A program made the position numbers and the translations under genes. From assembly GCA_026392265.1 (NCBI GenBank), contig JAPLCL010000074.1:1-44535 (forward strand): a stretch of 44,535 nt of DNA, written 5' to 3'. Every line of letters begins with the position of its first letter. The stretch's first letter is position 1. The notes under the pieces are model-generated. The model saw nothing but the letters and a program-made list of their open reading frames with translations, was not told the DNA's origin and did not search any database. Shown in pieces: positions 35,174 to 43,331 of the stretch. Source of the stretch: Actinomycetota bacterium (GTDB taxonomy: Bacteria; Actinomycetota; Thermoleophilia; UBA2241).

Positions 35174-36175
35174 TCAGGACGTCGTGCCGCCCGCGGGCAG
35201 GTACGCCAGAGTCTCGCCGGGAGCGAAGGCTGCGGAGACGTCACCGACGCGGTCCGGATCGCTCACGAGGTCGAGCTTCAGGGCCGGGGCTCCCGGGCTG
35301 AAGTCCAGGGCGTCGAGCCGCACCCAGACGATGTTGGGGCTGGTCGTGGACTCGAAGTAGTACACCTTGTCGGTCAGGTCGGCGACCGTGCTCCAGCGCG
35401 TCGCCGAGATGTTGGGCCGCGCCGGGTCGACGGTGCCGAACGGCTGGGCCGCGCCGCGGGTCACGCTGAGCACGCTGGCGATCGCCTGGCGCTCGTCGTC
35501 GGTCGCGGGCAGATGGGCGAGGTAGTAAGCGGTGCGCACGAAGCGGTCGTCCGCCTGCGTGGTGCCGGGCAGCGGCTTCACGCCGCCGAAACCGGCGTAG
35601 TCGGGGAGTGCCGCGATCTGCTGGTCGAACGGCGGTGAGTTCGTCATCGTCGTGAACTGCGTGCCGTGGTGGACGTGCTGCACGCCGTCGAGGAACTCGA
35701 TGATGGCCGAGTCGCCTGCGGCGTCGGCCAGCGCGATGTGGCCTGTGCCCGGCTTGCCGCTCGATCCCAAGGCTGCGGAGCACACCTGGTAATCACTGGT
35801 CTCACACCACGCCACCGCCTCCGCCACGGTGGCGAACATGTCCAGAAGGAACTGACCGTAGACGCTGATCGCGAGGCCGGGCCGGCGCTCGTCGCGCTCG
35901 CCATAGTCCGCCTCGGTGAGGTAGAGACCGCTGACCGCCAGGCCCTTCTCGTTGACGCCGTCGACGCAGACGACGTCGTACATGGCGGCCACCACGCTGC
36001 CGTATCTCGACGTCCACCTCACGGTCTCGCCCGACGTCATCCCGTCGCGGGCGATGCCCCGCGTCAGCGCCCACAGGTTGGTGCGCGTGTCTTCCATCCA
36101 GTCCATGTTGCGGCCCACGACGACGATGCCCTTGCCGGGCTCGCCCCCGCTCGACCAGAGTGCGCGTGTGCACAC
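35174..36175 (-). CDS. choloylglycine hydrolase / penicillin V acylase family Ntn-hydrolase (linear amide C-N hydrolase)
   Basis: The N-terminus MCTRALW has the nucleophile Cys directly after Met. VVGRNMDW and the family-typical length (333 aa) support the call. Confidence 0.75.
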   Translation of the reverse strand: MCTRALWSSGGEPGKGIVVVGRNMDWMEDTRTNLWALTRGIARDGMTSGETVRWTSRYGSVVAAMYDVVCVDGVNEKGLAVSGLYLTEADYGERDERRPGLAISVYGQFLLDMFATVAEAVAWCETSDYQVCSAALGSSGKPGTGHIALADAAGDSAIIEFLDGVQHVHHGTQFTTMTNSPPFDQQIAALPDYAGFGGVKPLPGTTQADDRFVRTAYYLAHLPATDDERQAIASVLSVTRGAAQPFGTVDPARPNISATRWSTVADLTDKVYYFESTTSPNIVWVRLDALDFSPGAPALKLDLVSDPDRVGDVSAAFAPGETLAYLPAGGTTS

Positions 36176-36251
36176 GTCGACTCCTTTCAGCCCCAGAGGG
36201 ACGCCTCCCGCGATCCATTGGCCCGGACACTACCCATGCGATACTTGCGGT

Positions 36252-36794
36252 ATGCCATCCGTGAGTGCAGGGCTCCTGTTGTATCGGCGCGTCGCCATCC
36301 GCGAGTCAGGTGGGCACCGCCTCGAGGTGCTGCTCGTGCACCCCGGCGGTTCGTACTGGGCCAAGAAGGACGCCGGCGCCTGGAGCATCCCCAAAGGCGA
36401 GGCCGAGGCGGACGAGCTCGGTCCGGCGCCGGAGACGGTGATGGCTGCCAAGGCGAGGAACCGTGCCGCCGGCGTCGACCTTCTGGCCGTCGCCCGGCGC
36501 GAGGTGAAGGAGGAGACGGGGCTGGAGCCCGAAGGGCCCTTCCAGCCCCTCGGCGGCGTCAAGGCGCACCATCACAAGCTCATCTACGTTTGGGCGGTAG
36601 AGCACGACTGCGATCCCGCGGCGATCGTGAGCAACGCCTTCGCGATCGAGTGGCCGCCGCGCTCCGGGAGGCAGGCGGAGTTCCCCGAGGTAGACCGCGC
36701 CGCCTGGTTCGACCTGCCGACGGCGCGCGAGGCCATCGTGCCGGCGCAGCGCCGCTTCCTCGACGATCTGCAGATCGTCGCCGGCGGCGCCTGA
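36252..36794 (+). CDS. NUDIX-family hydrolase (COG4119-like)
   Basis: ATG 36252. SAGLLLYRR...LEVLLVHPGGSYWAKKDAGAWSIPKGE...RREVKEETGL carries the Nudix box elements. An extra ~20 aa sits between the box Glu and the REVKEETG part. Confidence 0.7.
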   Translation: MPSVSAGLLLYRRVAIRESGGHRLEVLLVHPGGSYWAKKDAGAWSIPKGEAEADELGPAPETVMAAKARNRAAGVDLLAVARREVKEETGLEPEGPFQPLGGVKAHHHKLIYVWAVEHDCDPAAIVSNAFAIEWPPRSGRQAEFPEVDRAAWFDLPTAREAIVPAQRRFLDDLQIVAGGA

Positions 36795-37685
36795 TCAGGC
36801 CGGATCGTCCGGCTTCACCGGCACCGGCGTCGGCTGCTCGCTTTCGGCCGGCGCTGATGCCGCCGTCGGCAGCGCTGCCGCGGCTGGCTGCGCTGCCTCC
36901 GCCGTCGGCGCGGTGGCGCTCACGCTCGGCATGTGCGGCTTCCCCGCGATCAGGTCGAAGAATGCTTCACGCCAGGCACGCCACGTGGCGTTGACGTGGT
37001 CCTCGCGGTGCTGCGCCTTGGCGAGTCTCCTGGGCTTTTTCTCGTAGCGCCGGTGTGCCCACGGCGAGTTCGGCCGCGCCACGCGGATCGCCCCGACGAC
37101 CCCCACGATCGGCACGAAGATGCCGAAGAAGCCCGTCCAGTACTTGCCCTTCAAGAGGCAAATGACGGCGAAGCAGAGGTTGATGGCGATGGTGACGCCG
37201 ACGGCCGCCGCAGCGGCGCCCCCGGTGAGTCCCGAGTTGCCTGTTCCCGCCGGATTGAACCCCAGGATGATGAGGAATCCGGCGCATACGGCGACGATCA
37301 CGGCGTCCACCGAGAGGCGGCCCTCCGACGTCCAGTAGACGTCCTGCAGGCGTAGGATCAGGGCGAACTCGTCGAGCGTGAGCGCCACGCCGGCGCCGAA
37401 CACCAGGGCGCACAGCTGCAGCGAGAGCCCCTCGGGCGTGGTGGAGATGAGGACGAGCCCGGTGACGACCATCAACACGACCCCGATGACCATATGGTGG
37501 ACGTGCAGGCCGCCTTCGGACTCGATGTCGTGGAACCACCACTTCACCTTGGCGCGGATGAGGCGCGTGTTGATGCGCACCCCGAGAAAGGTGAGAAGAA
37601 GCCCGAGGGTGAAGGCGGCGACGGAGGCGCGGGCCTCGCCCAGCAAGCCTTCTCCGACCGCCTGGACCGCGACACTCATCGTCAT
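36795..37685 (-). CDS. integral membrane protein of unknown function
   Basis: ATG 37685 follows GGGAGGG. It has at least six hydrophobic helices and a Pro/Ala-rich C-terminal tail. The remaining upstream part of ORF 36795..39047 is antisense to the ABC genes. Confidence 0.6.
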   Translation of the reverse strand: MTMSVAVQAVGEGLLGEARASVAAFTLGLLLTFLGVRINTRLIRAKVKWWFHDIESEGGLHVHHMVIGVVLMVVTGLVLISTTPEGLSLQLCALVFGAGVALTLDEFALILRLQDVYWTSEGRLSVDAVIVAVCAGFLIILGFNPAGTGNSGLTGGAAAAAVGVTIAINLCFAVICLLKGKYWTGFFGIFVPIVGVVGAIRVARPNSPWAHRRYEKKPRRLAKAQHREDHVNATWRAWREAFFDLIAGKPHMPSVSATAPTAEAAQPAAAALPTAASAPAESEQPTPVPVKPDDPA

Positions 37686-37904
37686 CCCTCCCGTCTTTCG
37701 CGACGCACACGTCCTCCGGTGCGTGTCGATAAGCATATCGGCAGACGCGGGAGGGCACAGCCTTGCCGGACGGCTACAGCTGGAGCAAGGAGCCCCGCCA
37801 CGTCCGCGGGGGCTTGGCGCACGCCGCGTACCGCGTAGACTGCGCCTACCAAGCCTCCGTGAGCCGAGAGCGCGCCGGAGGCAACGAGAGGAGGGTGAGC
37901 GAGC

Positions 37905-38882
37905 ATGACCGCGGCGATCCTCACCCAGCGTCTGACGAAGACGTACGGCCGGCAGCGCGGCATCGTCGACCTCGATCTCGAGGTCCCGCCAGGCCGCGTG
38001 TTCGGATTCCTCGGCCCCAACGGCGCCGGCAAGTCGACGACCATTCGCGTGCTGCTGGACCTCATCCGGCCGACCACGGGACGGGCCGCAGTGCTCGGCC
38101 TCGACAGCCGCCGAGACGGCGTCGCGATCAGGCGGCGCAGCGGGTACCTGCCCGGCGAGCTGAGCCTCTACGGGCGGCTCACCGGGCACGAGACGCTGCG
38201 CTACTTTGCCAACCTGCGCGGCGGCGTCGACTCGGGTTACGTCGACGATCTGTGCCGGCGCCTCGACTTCGACGCCGGCAGAAGGGTCGCCGACCTTTCG
38301 ACGGGCAACAAACGCAAGCTCGGTCTGATCCAGGCGTTCATGCACAGGCTGGAGCTGCTCATCCTCGATGAGCCCACGTCCGGCCTCGACCCGCTGGTCC
38401 AGCACGAGTTCTACCACCTGGTCTAGGAGGCCGGCGAGGCCGGGCAGACGGTGCTCCTCTCGTCGCACGTGCTCCCCGAGGCACAGCGCGCGTGCGACAC
38501 CGTAGCCTTCGTGCGCGAGGGCACGCTCGTTGCCATCGAGGACGTGGGCGAGCTCACCGGACGGGCGCTCCGCGAGATCGAGGTGACGTTCGCCGCGCCG
38601 GTGCCCGCCGCGGCATTTCTCGGCGTCTCCGGCGTGACCGCGGTCGTCGAGAACGGCACCGAGGTCCCGCGTGCCGCCGACCGCCATACGCTGCGCCTCA
38701 CGGTGAGCGGTCCGCTCGACGCCGCCGTCAAGAAGCTCGCCCAGTTCGACGTCGTCACGCTGACCAGCCGTGAGCCCGACCTTGAGGACGTCTTTCTCGC
38801 GTTGTACGGCGAGAACCCGGGGTACTCCGCGCCGGCCGCGTCCGGCGCAGGCGCCGGGGAGGAGGCCGGCCATGTTGCGTGA
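37905..38882 (+). pseudogene. ABC-2-type transporter ATP-binding protein interrupted by an in-frame TAG (38424-38426)
   Basis: Walker A GPNGAGKST, signature LSTGNKRK and Walker B LLILDEPTSGLD lie before the stop. The H-loop block QTVLLSSHVLPEAQRACD lies after it in the same frame (ORFs 37905..38426 and 38451..38882). The junction reads FYHLV*EAGEAGQTV. Confidence 0.8.
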
Positions 38883-39255
38883 CTCGATCTTCGAGGCGGT
38901 ACTCCTCTTCACGCTCCTTACGCTCGCCATCGGCAGCATCACCCTGACCACCGGCGCGGCCACCGGGAGCCGGTCCGCGGGTACTGTCGTAGGGGCCGGT
39001 GTGGCCGTCGCGATGTACCTGCTCAACACGCTGGCCCAGATCAGCACCGCGGTGCATCCCTACCGACCCCTGTCGTTGTTCTACTACTCGGGCGGGACCA
39101 CGCCGCGCGGCCGTGGGCCGCGGTCCGCTCAACGGTCACGCGCGGACCCGCGAGCGTACACTGTACGTGGAGCACTCCCGGGCGGTCGGCGACGCATGGC
39201 CGACGGCCAGTCCCGGGGGGCTTCGTCGCACCGCTGCGGGCGGCCCACTGTGTGA
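38872..39255 (+). pseudogene. remnant of the cognate ABC-2 permease (start intact, most TM helices missing)
   Basis: ATG 38872 follows GGAGGAGG and overlaps the ATPase stop. MLRDSIF...GAATGSRSAGTVVGAGVAVAMYLLNTLAQISTAVHPYRPLSLFYY resembles only the first residues plus the last helix of ABC-2 permeases. The 3' part is Arg/Gly-rich with poor codon bias. Confidence 0.4.
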
Positions 39256-39265
39256 AGGGAGCGTC

Positions 39266-40051
39266 ATGGGGTCCCGACGAGTCTCGCTTGTCGACCTGGG
39301 GCGTGCCGTCGGCGACGGCTGGTGCGCTTTTGTGCGTGGGGCCGCGCGCGGTGAGGCGCTGCTGATGCCGGGCGGTAGCCTCGGGATCGGTGGCGAGGCG
39401 TTCGCCGACATGAACTTCGGCTACGTGTTCGGACCCGAAGGGGTCGGCGCCGCCATGCGCCGCTTCGAGCGCCTGCTCCGCGAGCGACGGCTGCCCGGCA
39501 CGATCGCCGTCATCTCGCCGGCGGCCGAAGAGGCCGCTCAGGCGGCCGCCGTTCTCGGCCTCGACTCCCCGGGGTCTATCCCGCTCATGTGCGCGCACTC
39601 CGCGGACGTGCGGCACGTCGACCATGGGTACGTCGTGGAGCGCGTCTCAGACCTCAGCGGCATCATGGACGCCGCCGAGGTTCTTGGAGACGCCTATGAG
39701 ATCCCGCCGGAGTGGATCCGCTCCATGCTGGGACCGAGGCTGCCCGACATGCAGAGCGCCGACGTGTTCCTCACGCGTCGCGACGGCCGGGCGCTGTCCG
39801 CCGCGGGGACTGGTCGTAGCGGGGCCACCGTGGGCATCTACGCGGTGGGGACGCGGCTGGCCCATCGCCGCCGTGGGGCCGCGGCCGCGGCGGTGTCCGC
39901 CGCCCTCGACCATCACGTGCGCACGGGCGCCCATCTTTTCGGTCTGCTTTCGGACCCTGCCGCGGAATCGCTCTACGCGGGTCTGGGCTTCTCCGTCGTG
40001 GATCACGCCCAGATATGGCGCGTCGAAGAGCGGCGAGCGCAAGCCGGCTAG
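39266..40051 (+). CDS. GNAT-family N-acetyltransferase
   Basis: ATG 39266 follows GAAGGGAG. The acetyl-CoA motif A context is GIYAVGTRLAHRRRGAAAAAVSAAL...AESLYAGLGFSVV. Confidence 0.6.
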   Translation: MGSRRVSLVDLGRAVGDGWCAFVRGAARGEALLMPGGSLGIGGEAFADMNFGYVFGPEGVGAAMRRFERLLRERRLPGTIAVISPAAEEAAQAAAVLGLDSPGSIPLMCAHSADVRHVDHGYVVERVSDLSGIMDAAEVLGDAYEIPPEWIRSMLGPRLPDMQSADVFLTRRDGRALSAAGTGRSGATVGIYAVGTRLAHRRRGAAAAAVSAALDHHVRTGAHLFGLLSDPAAESLYAGLGFSVVDHAQIWRVEERRAQAG

Positions 40052-41070
40052 ATCCAGCCCTGCTTCTTGAACAGGATGAGCATGACGATCACGGCGAGCA
40101 CCTGCGTGGCCAGCCCGAAGGTGAGAAAGGCGGTCCAGCCGGTGATGTTGAGCACCAGCCGGCCGAAGTTCATCCCGAAAAACCCCGTGATCCAGGTCAG
40201 TGGCATGAAGATGGTGGCCACGATGGTCAGCCGTTTCATCACGACGTTGAGCCTGTTCGACACCGTCGACAGGTAGACGTCCATCGTGCCCGACGTCAGG
40301 TCGCGGTAGCTGTCGATGAGGTCGCTGGTGCGGATCAGGTGGTCGTAGCCGTCGCGGTAGGAGCGCTCCGCGTCGGGCGACATGCCCGGGATCTCGACCA
40401 CGCCCGTGGCGATGCGCGCGAAGAGGTCGCGCTCCGGGGCGATCACCTTGCGTAGACTCACAAGCGTGCGCTTGATCGCGAAGATCTCCTGGAGCTGGGC
40501 GTCGTCCGGGGCCTCGAACACGCGGTCCTCGATGGCGTCGATGCGGTCGTCGAACTCGCTGAGCAACGGGAAGAAGCTGTCTGCCAAGGCATCGACCACC
40601 GCGTAGAGGACGAAGGCCGCATTGTCGGTGTGGAGATGGTGCGAGGTCATGCGCGTGCGCAGGTCGCTGAACGCCGGGCAGTCGTCGTGATGAACGGTCA
40701 CGAGGTAGTGCTCGGAGAGGAAGCAGTGCACCTCGACGAGGTCGTCCTCGTCGCGGTTCGCGCCGTAGACCACCAGCATCACGTAGTCGTCGTAGGTGTC
40801 GAGCTTCGGGCGCTGGCCGAAATGCTCTGAATCCTCCAGCGCGATCGGATGGAAGCCGAATACGTCGCGCAGCAGCGCGAGGCCTTCGGCGTCGGGTCCG
40901 TGGATGTCGAGCCAGAAGAAGCTGCCGGCCCGGAGACGCGACGCAACGGCGTCGCGGTCGGCCGGCACGACGGCGCTGTCGGCGTCAACAAGGGACAGGC
41001 TGGACAAGCTTGGCGTGACTCCTCCTTGGGCGCGGGTCCCCACGGATGCTACTCCCGGCCGGGCCGACAA
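40048..41070 (-). CDS. corA: CorA-family Mg2+/Co2+ transporter
   Basis: The C-terminal LTIVATIFMPLTWITGFFGMNFG carries the GMN motif, and two terminal TM helices are present. The start is uncertain (TTG 41070, or TTG 41007 downstream of AAGGAGGAG). Its stop overlaps the GNAT stop in CTAG. Confidence 0.85.
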   Translation of the reverse strand: MSARPGVASVGTRAQGGVTPSLSSLSLVDADSAVVPADRDAVASRLRAGSFFWLDIHGPDAEGLALLRDVFGFHPIALEDSEHFGQRPKLDTYDDYVMLVVYGANRDEDDLVEVHCFLSEHYLVTVHHDDCPAFSDLRTRMTSHHLHTDNAAFVLYAVVDALADSFFPLLSEFDDRIDAIEDRVFEAPDDAQLQEIFAIKRTLVSLRKVIAPERDLFARIATGVVEIPGMSPDAERSYRDGYDHLIRTSDLIDSYRDLTSGTMDVYLSTVSNRLNVVMKRLTIVATIFMPLTWITGFFGMNFGRLVLNITGWTAFLTFGLATQVLAVIVMLILFKKQGWI

Positions 41071-41141
41071 GTCATCTCCTGCATCTGTCGCCCAGTTCCT
41101 CTTTACTACCGCGAACCGCTAGCTGAACCTCAGGGTGTATC

Positions 41142-42155
41142 GTGGCGAATCGTCGCGCCCGGCGTCGGCCGACGGCGCGTCCCACCTCCCTGCTCCTCAT
41201 CCTTATCGCTCTGCTGCTTGCCTTCCGTGTCGCGGCGGCGCCTGCCTCGGCCCACGAGGATTGGGAGCACGGTGGAGCCAAGCAGTCGACCCGCGACAGC
41301 AGCGGGTGTCACAAGGACAAGCCTGCCTCGAACACCGCCTACGTGGGCCGCCACTCCGGCCACACGACGTCCGGCTCGCAGATGTGCTGGGATTGCCACG
41401 AACCGGGCTCAGCCACGTCGGTGAGTTGCGGCCGGGACTGCCACCTCTTCCAGGCCAGCGGCGACCACGGCGCCTACCCGACCGCCTTCTCGCACGGAGT
41501 GACCCCCCATCTCGGCGCCTCGGGGTATGGCAAGACCTGCGCCGACTGCCATGACGCCGGGAACCCGCATCATGATGCCTCCGCGGGGCCCGCGCCCGCG
41601 TGCGCGACCTGCCACAATGGCACCTACGCCGCGGTGCCCGCCGGTCACGAGGGTCGCGGCACCGTGTGCACGGCGTGTCACGTCGGGATGAACCGCCCGG
41701 TCAGCGACTGCGCCTCGTGCCACGTCGGTAACGCGAGCTCGGGCGGGCCGCAGATCGTCTACTCGAACTCGCCGGCCTGCGGCGACGCCGGCTGCCACAA
41801 TGCCGCCACCTTCGGCGCCGTGGCGTGCACCACGTGTCACAGCAAGACCGGCGCGATCGGCCAGGAGACCCTGCATGCCACGGACCCGGCCGCCACGGTG
41901 AGCTGTACGACCTGCCATGAGGCGCACTACGAGACTCTCGGCGCCTGCGACACGTGTCATGGGAGTCATGCCCAGACGCATCACGGGACGGCCACGTTGG
42001 CCGACACGCAGCTGAAGCTGGCGGCCGGGCCGTCGAAGATCAGAGCCCACAGGAAGGCCATGCTCACGGGGACGCGGCAGGCGGGGGATACCGCGCTCGC
42101 CTTTCAGTCTGTCCTTGTCCAGGCGCGGAAGCTCAAGGGTGGCCCGTTCAAGTAG
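41142..42155 (+). CDS. secreted multihaem c-type cytochrome (8 CXXCH plus one CX3CH and one CX4CH)
   Basis: GTG 41142. Signal peptide RRARRRPTARPTSLLLILIALLLAFRVAAAPASA. Haem motifs: CWDCH, CGRDCH, CADCH, CATCH, CTACH, CASCH, CGDAGCH, CTTCH, CTTCH, CDTCH. The ORF ends at TAG 42153-42155 inside what looks like a beta-sandwich domain. Confidence 0.8.
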   Translation: MANRRARRRPTARPTSLLLILIALLLAFRVAAAPASAHEDWEHGGAKQSTRDSSGCHKDKPASNTAYVGRHSGHTTSGSQMCWDCHEPGSATSVSCGRDCHLFQASGDHGAYPTAFSHGVTPHLGASGYGKTCADCHDAGNPHHDASAGPAPACATCHNGTYAAVPAGHEGRGTVCTACHVGMNRPVSDCASCHVGNASSGGPQIVYSNSPACGDAGCHNAATFGAVACTTCHSKTGAIGQETLHATDPAATVSCTTCHEAHYETLGACDTCHGSHAQTHHGTATLADTQLKLAAGPSKIRAHRKAMLTGTRQAGDTALAFQSVLVQARKLKGGPFK

Positions 42156-42310
42156 GTCGCCGTCGTCACGACCGACGCCGACGGTCGCTTCAGCCGTGTG
42201 GTCAAGCCGTGGGTGGGCACCGAGAACCGTGCCGTGTGGCGTCCCACGGTTGCCTACGTCGCTCAGCAGAGGGCGGCCGCTGTCAGGTCAAGCTTCGCGT
42301 GCACAAGTAG
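42156..42310 (+). other. in-frame continuation of the cytochrome ORF past the TAG (rest of an Ig-like/carboxypeptidase-regulatory-like beta-sandwich domain)
   Basis: The same frame after the TAG reads VAVVTTDADGRFSRVVKPWVGTENRAVWRPTVAYVAQQRAAAV. This completes the pattern begun by LTGTRQAGDTALAFQSVLVQARKLKGGPFK. A -1 shift near 42275 would give the typical ending VKLRVHK*, with TAG at 42308-42310. Confidence 0.45.
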
Positions 42311-42457
42311 CGTCGGTGCCTCTGCTCGTGGCGACCATTCGACGCCCGTCGCCGCGTCGTGTATACTCCCCTGCGCCATCAAGAGGGAGCTTGCGAGCAC
42401 CCCACCCTGCGCCTGTCACCGGCCGACAGGGTCCATCACGAGAAAGGAGATCGTGAG

Positions 42458-42481
42458 GGCTCGCCGTTGGCGAGCCTTTTG
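42458..42481 (+). terminator. rho-independent terminator-like hairpin upstream of infC
   Basis: GGCTCGCC-gtt-GGCGAGCC is followed by TTTTG. It is preceded by AAAGGAGATCGTG. Confidence 0.5.
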
Positions 42482-42520
42482 CCGTATATGGGTAGACCAT
42501 TTTCTCCAAGAGACAAGTTC

Positions 42521-43045
42521 ATGCGGGACCGGGCCAACGAGGTCCGCATCCGCATCAACGACGGCATCACGGTGCCGCAGGTCCGTCTCATCGACGAGAA
42601 GGGCGAGCAGCTCGGCATCAAGCCGATAGCCTTCGCCCAGGAGTACGCCGCCGAACACAACCTCGACCTCGTCGAGGTGGCCGCGCAGTCCGATCCGCCG
42701 GTGTGCCGGATCATGAACTACAGCAAGTATCGCTACGAGCTCGAGCTCAAGGCCAAGCAAGCGCGCAAGCACCAGAGCCAGATCGTGATCAAGGAGATCA
42801 AGTTCCGGCCCAAGGTGGGCGTGCACGACTACGAGACCAAGAAGGGCCACGTGGTGCGTTTTCTGCAGCACAAAGACAAGGTCAAGGTCACGATCATGTT
42901 CCGCGGCCGTGAGATGGTCCATCCGGAGCGCGGCGAGATGCTGCTCTTGCGGCTCGCCGAAGACGTCAAGGAATTCGGCATCATCGAGTCCAAGCCCCTG
43001 CAAGACGGGCGCAACATGGTCATGATGCTGGGGCCGGTCAAGTAG
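42521..43045 (+). CDS. infC: translation initiation factor IF-3
   Basis: [74 protein letters not shown] and VTIMFRGRE support the call. ATG 42521 is preferred because codons upstream (from ATG 42488) are GC3-poor. The start is uncertain, as is often the case for infC. Confidence 0.9.
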   Translation: MRDRANEVRIRINDGITVPQVRLIDEKGEQLGIKPIAFAQEYAAEHNLDLVEVAAQSDPPVCRIMNYSKYRYELELKAKQARKHQSQIVIKEIKFRPKVGVHDYETKKGHVVRFLQHKDKVKVTIMFRGREMVHPERGEMLLLRLAEDVKEFGIIESKPLQDGRNMVMMLGPVK

Positions 43046-43061
43046 CGGAAGGGAGGTACGT

Positions 43062-43259
43062 ATGCCGAAAGTCAAGACCCACAGCGCATCCAAGAAGCGC
43101 TTCCGTCTCACGGGCACGGGCAAGCTCGTCCGTCGCCACGGGATGAAGAGCCACCTCCTGGAGCACAAGAGCTCCAAGCGCAAGCGGGGCTTCCGCAAGC
43201 TGAACGACGTCAGTCCGGCTGACACCAAAGGGATCAAGCGCCTGCTCGGACTGCGCTAG
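43062..43259 (+). CDS. rpmI: 50S ribosomal protein L35
   Basis: [36 protein letters not shown] is the L35 signature. 65 aa. Confidence 0.95.
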   Translation: MPKVKTHSASKKRFRLTGTGKLVRRHGMKSHLLEHKSSKRKRGFRKLNDVSPADTKGIKRLLGLR

Positions 43260-43331
43260 GTCAACGCACACGAAGTACCAGCCTGCCGGCGCCGCAAGCA
43301 CCGGTCGGCGTAGTGCCAAGGAGTACGGACC

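Noticed and set aside
37686-37760. An imperfect long-range inverted repeat (CCCTCCCGTCT ... AGACGCGGGAGGG) around the RBS of the 36795..37685 membrane protein, considered as a riboswitch-like RBS-sequestering element.
   Set aside because: The arms are short and imperfect, GC-rich sequence produces such pairs by chance, and I recognise no conserved riboswitch core.
41142-41260. Twin-arginine (Tat) export of the multihaem cytochrome, suggested by RRARRR in its signal.
   Set aside because: c-type cytochromes receive haem after Sec export of the unfolded apoprotein. The Arg run lacks the S/T-R-R-x-F-L-K context and is more likely just a basic n-region.
6775-42155. Reading the three in-frame TAG codons as pyrrolysine or as a reassigned sense codon.
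   Set aside because: TAG terminates thrS, iadA, vapC, the PNPOx-like gene and others at their expected ends. No pyl genes or methylamine methyltransferases are in the window. None of the three contexts resembles known Pyl proteins. I keep this only as an alternative to be excluded by a genome-wide pylTSBCD search.
28874-42520. Calling the thrS-infC intervening block a genomic island or mobile element.
   Set aside because: No integrase, transposase, recombinase, tRNA attachment site or flanking direct or inverted repeats could be found by eye. Only the TA module, the pseudogenes and the synteny argument support an accessory origin. It is therefore reported as a hypothesis, not as a feature.
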